From the NCBI GenBank assembly GCA_947463025.1, contig CANHSE010000001.1, positions 1-46,627 on the forward strand: a stretch of DNA of 46,627 bases, given 5' to 3'. The stretch is from Comamonadaceae bacterium. GTDB taxonomy: Bacteria; Pseudomonadota; Gammaproteobacteria; Burkholderiales; Burkholderiaceae_C. Under the pieces are notes generated by a model that made no database searches, was not told the DNA's origin, and saw only the letters and a program-made list of their open reading frames with translations. Of the stretch, positions 29,801 through 36,970 are shown in pieces. Numbering within the stretch: position 1 is the stretch's first letter; the number at the start of each line of letters is the position of its first letter. The translations under genes were made by a program, and so were the position numbers.

Positions 29801-31170
29801 CAGATCGGCGCTTTGGCGGCGCTGGTGCTGTCATAGGGATCGTCCCAGTCGGGTGCGGGTAGCCCGATTGCCGTATCTACCGCTGCGGCGGCCGCGGTGG
29901 GTGCGGCGAAGTCGGGCGTGGGCCGCTTCTTGCCCGCGAAGTACCGCAAGGATTCGTACATCATTTCTCCGATCGGGTTACCCCAATCGCGGAATTCACC
30001 TTCGACGGGCGGGCGGTTATCGGCCCAGCCCGAGCGGTAAGCGTTGTCGTTGCGGAGGTTGTTGAAGTCGCGGATTCGCAGCGCGTTGAAGGATCCAACG
30101 ATCGCCGCGGCCGGCTTGAACGCGCCCGTGGCCGCATCGACCTCGTCCTGGAAGGAGGCCACGACCTTGCGCAGGCGCCCGCCCGAAAGGTTGCGGTCGT
30201 AGCTACCAGTGAGCAGTCCGAACAACACCGCATCCTTCTCGCCGAATTCGTGCAGAAGTCCGACGGGTTTGAAGATCGGCGTCGTCGTGCCGTAGGCCTT
30301 GCATCCCTCGGTAAATCCGGTGACACAGGCGCTTACGCGTACCGTGTAGTCGGTCAGGGCACCGCGGTGGACGTTGTTGCTTGAACTCAGCACGGGCCGT
30401 TCGGTCGACGCCCACTCCCAGACCCGGGTCGTGGAATTCGTGACAACCGAAAGCAAGGGCGGACGGTCGCTGCAGTTGTTGAGTGTGCTGCAGTTCACCC
30501 ATGCGACACGGGTCAGGTTGCCAAAAAAATGACGTCGATTCGGCGCCGGTTCGGACAGAGGGGTGTAGTCGCTGATCTTGTAGCGATCGATCGCCTCGCT
30601 GGTGTACTCCTTGGCCCAGGAGTGGGCGTCCTGCGGGATGTAGGCGCGGCGAAGGATGGTGCTTTGGGGCGTATCGACCTCGCGCATGCCGCCATACAAC
30701 ACCACCCGCAGGGCATCGATGCGGCTGGTGGTGACGTAATTGAGCCAATTGCCCGACCATCTTCCTGGGCAGGTCCGGGCGCTACCGGCCGCCCGAACGA
30801 CGGGGGTGAACAGGCCGGTGTTGTCCCTGGCGTTGTTATGCCGATAGCACAGATTCGGATTGAAAAGGCCCAGGTAAGTGATGGAGGGCTTGAAGCGGAT
30901 GTCCAGCGCGCCGTCACCGTCGATGTCGCTGGCGTCGTTGTAGGCCTCGTAGAACAGACGATGTTCCTTGCTGGCCACCAGCATGACCAGGGGCTTGGCG
31001 TTTTGGCGCACGGACAGTGGAATGTTCGGAATCGCCTGCTGTGCCAGGGCGGCAGCCGCCGAGCCGGCCAGGGCCATCAGGATCGCAAGTCGCCACCGGC
31101 GAGCGCGGTGGGCGAGCGAAGACATGGGGGCTGACGCGCGAGGCGAGGGGAGAGTGGGGGTGCTTGGCAT
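26818..31170 (-). CDS. pilY1: Type IV pilus tip adhesin PilY1/PilC
   Basis: 1450 aa with a signal peptide. C-terminal PilC domain motifs LGDIVHTSP, ANDGMLHAF, ELFAFIP, GNGYNS, YAGDLLGNVWRFD, FGTG, GWYLDL, GRRIVWREI. Located in the minor pilin cluster. Confidence 0.93.
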   Translation of the reverse strand: MPSTPTLPSPRASAPMSSLAHRARRWRLAILMALAGSAAAALAQQAIPNIPLSVRQNAKPLVMLVASKEHRLFYEAYNDASDIDGDGALDIRFKPSITYLGLFNPNLCYRHNNARDNTGLFTPVVRAAGSARTCPGRWSGNWLNYVTTSRIDALRVVLYGGMREVDTPQSTILRRAYIPQDAHSWAKEYTSEAIDRYKISDYTPLSEPAPNRRHFFGNLTRVAWVNCSTLNNCSDRPPLLSVVTNSTTRVWEWASTERPVLSSSNNVHRGALTDYTVRVSACVTGFTEGCKAYGTTTPIFKPVGLLHEFGEKDAVLFGLLTGSYDRNLSGGRLRKVVASFQDEVDAATGAFKPAAAIVGSFNALRIRDFNNLRNDNAYRSGWADNRPPVEGEFRDWGNPIGEMMYESLRYFAGKKRPTPDFAAPTAAAAAVDTAIGLPAPDWDDPYDSTSAAKAPICARANMLVISDTNLSYDSDQVPGADANFARSGFTGDLEGLRVTQEAQTITRGEPEVKGDRFIGQSGAIFDSAPTAKTVESLGSVRGLAPEEPTKQGSYSAAAVAYFGKRSDLRADKEGRQSVETFVIALASPLPRIVVPVPGNRQVTLVPFAKTVGGEGTTNAKGAYQPTNQIVDFYVERIANSGPADRDPSINGGRYQAQFRISYEDMEQGADHEMDAVVQYTVTLTADDQVTVRLSPTYADGGYKHRIGYVISGTAKDGIYLEVQDEADETPYFLNTPPGRNPGDCDTAALPDDCKRLPYHLKDGRTQTETVRTFTPGAGATATLLKDPLWYAAKWGAFRDFDGNDQPNLPGEWDENGDGIPDAYLSVQNPLKLRDALRKTLDNIVARASSASSLTSNSTRATSSSRLYQAIFDTQRWSGDLLAWRITNSGLEATPNWQASQRLPAWQDRRIFLHTTDRGVQSLAQNGLPGSSQEVANYLRGDRSREAHQGGGLRNRNNPLGDIVHTSPLHEPETDTVYVSANDGMLHAFNGSDGKELFAFIPQAAVGRIAQQASLTYSRQYLLDGELIRAPRGPLTQNRRYLYALLGRGGKGLFSLNVTDPTQFAATDLLWDYSAGATSAGATDPDLGLMLGRPVITPLNNGKLGVIVGNGYNSDSGKAVLYIFIIQPNGRLERVRKIDTGADGNNGLAGPAILDTNQDGKADVVYAGDLLGNVWRFDIGSTDPALWGLSLRGTPLFRARDAAGKAQPITAPLLVAVNQLSNNGHLGKPYVFFGTGAYFRQDDPADPSVQSWYGLVDDGTAISTGRAALRQRTITATGMLGNVRSRTFSTAAEGDLQGLRGWYLDLSGAAAGERTVTTAQIARLAVPALVLSSIIPITNDPCVAGGRGFVNMLDPFTGGALTVGVIDVNGDGDFSNDKLGDRLVGSVDMGVGFPSEVVLLRRPNGTTIAFVSGSGGTDPQSLNAGAGIGSLVVKSATQSGRRIVWREIIQD

Positions 31171-31198
31171 CGTGGTGGACGGCGCATGCAGGCGCGCC

Positions 31199-31744
31199 TC
31201 AGTCGGTGAGGTAGAGGGACTGCAGCATCACTTCGGCGCGCGTACCGCCGCCGGCGCGTACCGTGATGCGGTACTGGCGGCAGTTGGAGGTGGCCGACGT
31301 GGAGGCATCACAGGCGAACTCATTGCCCAGGTACTCGATCAGGTAGGTGGGCGTGATCTGCGCGCCTGCCGGGCCCACGGGCTTGGCCTGGCCCCACTGC
31401 GCTGCGTTGATCCCGACCCATCGGGCAGCTGCACTGGCGGCCAGCGCGGGGCACACGCGCAGGGTGTCCGCGGCGGCGGTTGCCGAATCGGTGCAATTGG
31501 CGCCAGCGTCTGGGCGCTCGTTTTCGACGCGCTCTTCGATCTCGCGCAGGGCGGCTTCAGCGGCCTGGAAGGCCAGCTGGCGGTCCAGGGTGTAGCCGGT
31601 CATCCGCTCCTGCGCCGTCGACAGACGCAGGGCGGTCAAGCCGAGAACCAGGATGACGACTAACATCATCAGGGCCACGACCAGGGCGACACCTCGGGGA
31701 GGTCGTCTGAGGTGTACGCGCCGTCTACGGGTCAGTTCTCGCAT
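31199..31744 (-). CDS. pilX: Type IV pilus assembly protein PilX
   Basis: RG/VALVVALMML without Glu5 (typical of PilX), AFQAAEAALRE, YRITVRA, MLQSLY. Confidence 0.88.
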   Translation of the reverse strand: MRELTRRRRVHLRRPPRGVALVVALMMLVVILVLGLTALRLSTAQERMTGYTLDRQLAFQAAEAALREIEERVENERPDAGANCTDSATAAADTLRVCPALAASAAARWVGINAAQWGQAKPVGPAGAQITPTYLIEYLGNEFACDASTSATSNCRQYRITVRAGGGTRAEVMLQSLYLTD

Positions 31745-31746
31745 CG

Positions 31747-32811
31747 TCAGGGCTCCCGATTACGCAGCGCGACGACGGTGCGGAACTGGCGCTGGATCCT
31801 GGGCGCGTTGGCGCCAGGTAGCGGCTCGCCTCGCAGCGTGAGCGTGATGCGCACGGCGGCTACCTCCAGCGTCGGATCAGCCCACTTGGCGGCGAGGACG
31901 GCCGCCGTTTCCCACTGGGCCGCCAGCGCGCCGCCGTTGGCGCGATTGCGCGTGAGGTAGTCGATCTGCAGATCGTGCACGCCAGGCACCTTCTCGACGC
32001 CGCGCGTGACCAGGGCGGGCGACGCGGCGCCCGCGGCGGGCTGGACCACCTCAGCGCGGTACAGCGAGCGCTGCCCGCTGCTGTTGTTGCCGACATACCA
32101 GAGCCCCGGGTCCCAGGGCGCCACGAGGGCCCCTGCCGCAAAGGTCTTGTCCACAGCCGATTGGCATTGGGCATCGACGCGGCCCAGCGCGGTGCCGCAG
32201 TTCAGGCCCGCGGCGGCATAGGTCAGTGTCGCGGGGTTGGCGTTGGCCGCGTCCACCTGCCACAGCGCACTGCTGCGGTCGTCGCACAGCACGACGATGT
32301 CGCGTGCGCGTATCGGCATAGGTGCCCGCAGGGTCAGGGTCTGGGTGGCGACGTCGTGCGTCAGGACCGAGGTCAGGGCGTCTTCGTTGTTGGCAGTCCG
32401 CAGCAGCAAGAGGCTGTCGGTATTGGCTGCATGGTCGCTGGCGGCGTTGCCTGTGGCGACCAGGCCCTGACTGCTGCTCTCGCCACCGCGCAGAAAGCCT
32501 GCGGCCGTATTGGCCCACCAGGCTGTGGGCATGCCGGCGGCAGACACCAGGAGGTTGGCGGTCAGGGGGCTGCCGCACGGTGTGTGGCCGGCCTCGCGGA
32601 TTTCGCGGGTGATCAGCTCCAGGGCGAATCGACCGCTTTCCTGCAGGCGGGCCAGGCTCTCATGGTGGCGGAAGGTCTGGTGGGTGGATCGGTACAGCGA
32701 GAACACGCCGCCGACCAGAACCAGCCCGAGGACCAGCGACACCATGATCTCGACCAACGACAGGCCGCGCGCGCTGTAGCGATCTGGGGGGGCGGGGCAG
32801 TGCGGGCGCAT
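31747..32811 (-). CDS. pilW: Type IV minor pilin PilW
   Basis: RG/LSLVEIMVS, LQESGRFALELITREIREAG, LQIDY, VALRN. Confidence 0.9.
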   Translation of the reverse strand: MRPHCPAPPDRYSARGLSLVEIMVSLVLGLVLVGGVFSLYRSTHQTFRHHESLARLQESGRFALELITREIREAGHTPCGSPLTANLLVSAAGMPTAWWANTAAGFLRGGESSSQGLVATGNAASDHAANTDSLLLLRTANNEDALTSVLTHDVATQTLTLRAPMPIRARDIVVLCDDRSSALWQVDAANANPATLTYAAAGLNCGTALGRVDAQCQSAVDKTFAAGALVAPWDPGLWYVGNNSSGQRSLYRAEVVQPAAGAASPALVTRGVEKVPGVHDLQIDYLTRNRANGGALAAQWETAAVLAAKWADPTLEVAAVRITLTLRGEPLPGANAPRIQRQFRTVVALRNREP

Positions 32812-32813
32812 GG

Positions 32814-33329
32814 TCAGAGGCGACTGGTCACCGTCAGGGACTGATTCGGCAGACCGCCGGCTGCGGTGTCATCCCACTGCAGCCGCACGCTGCACAGGCC
32901 CAGTGCGTCGCAGTCCACAGCGACACAGGTGCTGTTGGCCGCAGCCGGTCCGAGACCGGCCCGCACGCTGGCCATCCAGCTGCGCAGCTCGGAACTCGCG
33001 AACGGGCTGGCCGCTGGTGCGGCGGGCAAGGCGCATAGGGGTGCGGCGAGCCCGCCCGCGGTGTTGTAGAGGCCTCGTACCGCACTGGACCGATCCACTC
33101 GCATCAGGTCCAACAGGTAATGGGCCAGGATCACGGCCTGGGTTTTTTGCTCGCTGCTGATCGTGGTCCGCATGGACCGCACCTGCATGGCTGCCAGACC
33201 CAGCACGCCCACGCTGAGAATGAGCACTGCAACCAGAATTTCGATGAGGGACGCCCCACGCGCGTCGCGCTGTCCGTGGCGCATACGAATGCCAGGGCGC
33301 CGTTGGCGCGCAGGAGCCGTCGGGTTCAT
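32814..33329 (-). CDS. pilV: Type IV minor pilin PilV
   Basis: RG/ASLIEILVAVLILSVGVLGLAAMQ, DLMRVD, VRLQWDD. Start taken at the ATG overlapping the fimT stop. Confidence 0.88.
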   Translation of the reverse strand: MNPTAPARQRRPGIRMRHGQRDARGASLIEILVAVLILSVGVLGLAAMQVRSMRTTISSEQKTQAVILAHYLLDLMRVDRSSAVRGLYNTAGGLAAPLCALPAAPAASPFASSELRSWMASVRAGLGPAAANSTCVAVDCDALGLCSVRLQWDDTAAGGLPNQSLTVTSRL

Positions 33330-33916
33330 GGGCAGTTGGCACCGACCGCCGCTGGCGACGGGCGGTCCACGATCCGTCCGCCAGCGGCCATCACCAGGTT
33401 GCGCTCTCGGTCCGTGTCGGCCAGTGCGCCCGACTGGCTGCACACCCGGATGGTGCCCAGGGGGGTATTGCCGCCGGCCATGGTGCGCGCCTCGCCGCTG
33501 GCGCCGAAGGAGATGAATCGATCGACCTGCTGGTTACCCCGCACGCGCAGGGCAGGCGGCAGGGCCTCGTTGCGACTCAAGACGGTGTCAGTGGGCGAGA
33601 CGAAGGCATCGGCGTTGCCTGCGCGGTCGATGTCGACAAACACGAGCCAGCCGGTTTCCCAGCCGCGTGCGGCGCTGGTGTCGCATTGCTGTTGGTCTTG
33701 CGTGCGGCAGACGGTGACGCGTTTGCCCAGCCGGATGGCTTGGGCGCGGGCCTGCATCAGGCTGCCCAGCAGGGCGTTGGTGGCGGAGGTGAGTTGGCTG
33801 GCCGCGATTTGCGCCTGGAAGCTGGGCGCTGCCAGCCCCAGCAACACCGCCAGCAGGGCGATTCCGATCAGCAATTCGATGAGGGTGAGCCCCGACGCAG
33901 GGCGGTGGCGCAGCAT
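33326..33916 (-). CDS. fimT: FimT/FimU (GspH-like) minor pilin
   Basis: SG/LTLIELLIG, APSF, ARAQAIR..VTVC, GWLVFVD. Confidence 0.88.
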   Translation of the reverse strand: MLRHRPASGLTLIELLIGIALLAVLLGLAAPSFQAQIAASQLTSATNALLGSLMQARAQAIRLGKRVTVCRTQDQQQCDTSAARGWETGWLVFVDIDRAGNADAFVSPTDTVLSRNEALPPALRVRGNQQVDRFISFGASGEARTMAGGNTPLGTIRVCSQSGALADTDRERNLVMAAGGRIVDRPSPAAVGANCP

Positions 33917-34012
33917 CGCGGGACTATGCGGCTGGCGCGGCGCCAGCGCACGGCTGCGTCGACGAGCGGCTTAGGCGACCGGACGCGTGGCGCGCCGGCC
34001 GGATGCTTCGGA

Positions 34013-34459
34013 TCAGACCTCGGTCTTGATCAGGGCGGTGAAGTCTTTGACGTCTTCGAAGCTGCGATAGACGCTGGCAAAGCGCACATAGGCGACCTTG
34101 TCCAACTTTTTGAGTTCGCGCATGACCAGCTCGCCAATGCGCGAGGAGGGCACCTCTCGCACCCCGAGGTTCAGGAGTTTTTCCTCGATGCGCTCGATCG
34201 CTTTGTCGACCTGCTCGGTGCTCACGGGTCGCTTGCGCAGCGCCAGGTTCATCGAGCCGCGCAGCTTGCCCCGCTCGAACTCGATGCGTCGGCCGTCCTT
34301 CTTGACCACCGCCGGGAAGTTGACGTCGGGCCGCTCGTAGGTCGTGAAGCGCTTCTCACAGCTGGCGCATTGGCGCCGGCGGCGAATGAAGTCGCCTTCT
34401 TCTGCGATGCGCGTTTCCACCACCTGGGTGTCCGCATGGCCGCAGAAGGGACATTTCAT
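34013..34459 (-). CDS. nrdR: Transcriptional repressor NrdR
   Basis: [27 protein letters not shown]-cone, [10 protein letters not shown]. Confidence 0.98.
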   Translation of the reverse strand: MKCPFCGHADTQVVETRIAEEGDFIRRRRQCASCEKRFTTYERPDVNFPAVVKKDGRRIEFERGKLRGSMNLALRKRPVSTEQVDKAIERIEEKLLNLGVREVPSSRIGELVMRELKKLDKVAYVRFASVYRSFEDVKDFTALIKTEV

Positions 34460-34465
34460 GGGCGA

Positions 34466-35710
34466 TCAGCCGTAGACCGGGAAGCGGGCGGTCAGCGCGC
34501 TGACCTTGTCCCGCACCGCCGCGATGTTGGCTGCGTCGCGCGGGTTGTCCAGCACGTCGGCGATCAGGTGGGCAGTGGCGCGGGCCTCGGCCTCCTTGAA
34601 GCCGCGAGTCGTCATGGCCGGTGTGCCAATGCGCACGCCGCTGGTGACCATGGGCTTTTCGGGGTCGTTGGGGATGGCGTTCTTGTTGATGGTCATGTGG
34701 GCGCTGCCCAGCACGGCCTCGGCCTCTTTGCCGGTGATGCCCTTGGCGCGCAGATCGACCAGCATCACATGGCTCTCGGTGCGGCCACTGACGATGCGCA
34801 GACCGCGCTGCACCAGGGTCTCGGCCACGGCCTGGGCGTTCTTGATCACCTGGGCTTGGTAGGTCTTGAACTCGGGCGTGAGGGCTTCCTTGAAAGCCAC
34901 CGCCTTGGCGGCGATCACATGCATCAAGGGGCCGCCTTGCAGGCCGGGGAAGATGGCACTGTTGATGGCTTTTTCGTGGGCGGACTTCATCAGGATGATG
35001 CCGCCCCGCGGGCCGCGCAGGCTCTTGTGGGTGGTGGAGGTGACCACGTCGGCATGCGGCACCGGGTTGGGGTAGACGCCGGCGGCAATCAGGCCGGCGT
35101 AGTGGGCCATGTCGACCAGGAAGACGGCGCCGACCGCCTTGGCCACGCGCGCGAAGCGCTCGAAATCAATGCGCAGCGAGTAGGCCGAGGCGCCGGCGAT
35201 GATCAGCTTGGGCTTGGACTCGTGGGCCTTACGCTCCATCGCGTCGTAGTCGATTTCTTCTTTGTCGTTCAGGCCGTAGGACACGACGTTGAACCACTTG
35301 CCCGACATGTTCAGCGGCATACCGTGCGTGAGGTGGCCGCCCTCGGCCAGGCTCATGCCCATGATGGTGTCGCCGGGCTTGAGGAAAGCCAGGAACACGG
35401 CCTCGTTGGCGGAGGCGCCGCAATGCGGCTGCACGTTGGCGGCGTCGGCGCCAAAGAGTTGCTTGAGACGGTCGATGGCCAGTTGCTCGGCGATGTCGAC
35501 GTTTTCGCAGCCACCGTAATAGCGCTTGCCGGGGTAGCCCTCGGCGTATTTGTTGGTCAACTGGCTGCCCTGGGCCGCCATGACGGCGGGCGAGGCGTAG
35601 TTCTCGCTGGCGATCAGCTCGATGTGGGCTTCCTGGCGGTGGTTTTCGGCCTGGATCGCGGCGAAGAGTTCAGGATCGGTTTGCTCGATCAGGATGTTGC
35701 GATGGAACAC
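34466..35710 (-). CDS. glyA: Serine hydroxymethyltransferase
   Basis: [31 protein letters not shown] motif [16 protein letters not shown] start with AAGGA SD. Confidence 0.98.
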   Translation of the reverse strand: MFHRNILIEQTDPELFAAIQAENHRQEAHIELIASENYASPAVMAAQGSQLTNKYAEGYPGKRYYGGCENVDIAEQLAIDRLKQLFGADAANVQPHCGASANEAVFLAFLKPGDTIMGMSLAEGGHLTHGMPLNMSGKWFNVVSYGLNDKEEIDYDAMERKAHESKPKLIIAGASAYSLRIDFERFARVAKAVGAVFLVDMAHYAGLIAAGVYPNPVPHADVVTSTTHKSLRGPRGGIILMKSAHEKAINSAIFPGLQGGPLMHVIAAKAVAFKEALTPEFKTYQAQVIKNAQAVAETLVQRGLRIVSGRTESHVMLVDLRAKGITGKEAEAVLGSAHMTINKNAIPNDPEKPMVTSGVRIGTPAMTTRGFKEAEARATAHLIADVLDNPRDAANIAAVRDKVSALTARFPVYG

Positions 35711-35756
35711 GGCGGCAGTCCTTACGGAGGATGGTCCCGGTCTGTCGTCAGACAGG

Positions 35757-35870
35757 GCTGCCCAGGCGAACGGCGGTGCGCCGGAGGCCGGCGGTACGCT
35801 TCCCCGTGGTGACCCACGTCCGCGCCACGAACCCGCCAGGGGCCGCGCGCCTATCGCCAGTCGCGTACCC
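35757..35870 (-). ncRNA. ZMP/ZTP (pfl) riboswitch upstream of glyA
   Basis: Minus strand: GGUACGC-GACUGGCGA...GUGGGUCACCAC-GGGGAA-GCGUACC...GCCGUUCGCCUGGGCAG. The UGGCG/CGCC pseudoknot is present. glyA is a known target class. A TACACT -10 lies at 35875-35880. Confidence 0.92.
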
Positions 35871-35897
35871 GCCTAGTGTAGCCGACGGGGGAGGGGA

Positions 35898-36653
35898 TCA
35901 GGAGGCGGGGAGCAGCGCGGGACGGGCCGAGACGGGCGTTTGGCCCGCCGCGACCTGCTTGAGGCGCTCGTACTCGGCCAGCACCTTTTCGACGTAGCCG
36001 CCGTCTTCCTCGAAGTTGGCCGCGCCCACATAGAAACGCAGGCCGGCCTCAACCGAGCCGGCGCGCTTGATGCATTCCTGCAGCACCTTGACGCCCACCC
36101 GCAGGTTGGACACCGGGTCGAAGGTGGCCAGCTTGCCGCCAAAGCGGTCGAACTTGTCGCTGTGCACGTGCGTCATCACCTGCATCAGGCCCTGGGCGCC
36201 CACGGGGCTCTGGGCGAAGGGGTTGAAGCCGGATTCGATGCCGATCACAGCCAGGATCAGGGGCGGGTCGATCTGGGTGCGGGCGCCCAGGGCATAGGCC
36301 TCGGCCACCAGGGCGCTGACCGGCTCGGGCGCGACCCGGTATTTGCGACTGAGCCAATAGGCCAGGGCCGCCTGCGGCTTGGGCAGCTCGCGCGGGTTGG
36401 CGGCCGTGGCCCGGCCAATGGCACCGATGTCGGAGACGATACCAATGGCGTCGGCCTGGCGCTCCTGCAGCCACTCCATGAGGTGGGTCTCGGTGGTCAG
36501 GCGCAGATCCGGACGCAGGGTCAGGGTCAGGGCGGCAAACACCACGCCCAGCCCCAGCAGGGCCGAGCCGTTATGAGTGACTTCGAAGAATCCTTGGGCA
36601 ATGTCGGAGGCAAAGGTCCGCAGGCCCTGGCTGATCTTCTCGAACGCTGTCAT
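35898..36653 (-). CDS. Lytic transglycosylase (SLT domain), N-terminally membrane-anchored
   Basis: ILAVIGIESGFNPFAQSPVGAQGLMQV with the catalytic Glu, NLRVG, YVEKVL; one hydrophobic segment. AAAGGA SD. Confidence 0.9.
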   Translation of the reverse strand: MTAFEKISQGLRTFASDIAQGFFEVTHNGSALLGLGVVFAALTLTLRPDLRLTTETHLMEWLQERQADAIGIVSDIGAIGRATAANPRELPKPQAALAYWLSRKYRVAPEPVSALVAEAYALGARTQIDPPLILAVIGIESGFNPFAQSPVGAQGLMQVMTHVHSDKFDRFGGKLATFDPVSNLRVGVKVLQECIKRAGSVEAGLRFYVGAANFEEDGGYVEKVLAEYERLKQVAAGQTPVSARPALLPAS

Positions 36654-36800
36654 CGCAGTTCCTTTCTCCCTGCGGGCCGGCCGGCGGCGGAGTCAGTCGC
36701 AGGGCCAGGGGATTCGCAGTGTGGGGGACGCCGTCCGGGACGGGGTCGGCAGCGGGTTTCGATCGGGCGGGCGGGAAGGGCGATTCCCGCGGGAGCGCGC

Positions 36801-36830
36801 ATTCTAGAAAGGCGCTAAATAACCCGTCAA
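36801..36830 (-). promoter_or_regulatory. Sigma70-type promoter for the SLT gene
   Basis: Minus strand TTGACG-N18-TAGAAT, with an AT-rich UP-like region upstream (36831-36860). Confidence 0.65.
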
Positions 36831-36970
36831 GAATAAAGGAATTCGCTCTTATTTGATTGCGGAATGAGCCAAATTGCCGGGCCGCCGGTCCAGCGGGCCC
36901 CTTCTTGCCTGTTTTCGCGGCGAAAATAGCCGATTCCCCCCAGAAATTGGGCGTCCTGTTGCGCCCTTGC

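Noticed and set aside
35742-35751. CTGTCGTCAG shared between the region downstream of the ZTP aptamer and glycine riboswitch P1
   Set aside because: A 10-bp match in 46 kb of GC-rich DNA is compatible with chance, and each copy has a local pairing partner.
36948-36962. GG-N10-GC sigma54-like site before DUF349
   Set aside because: Poor match to TGGCAC at -24 and too close to the putative start codon.
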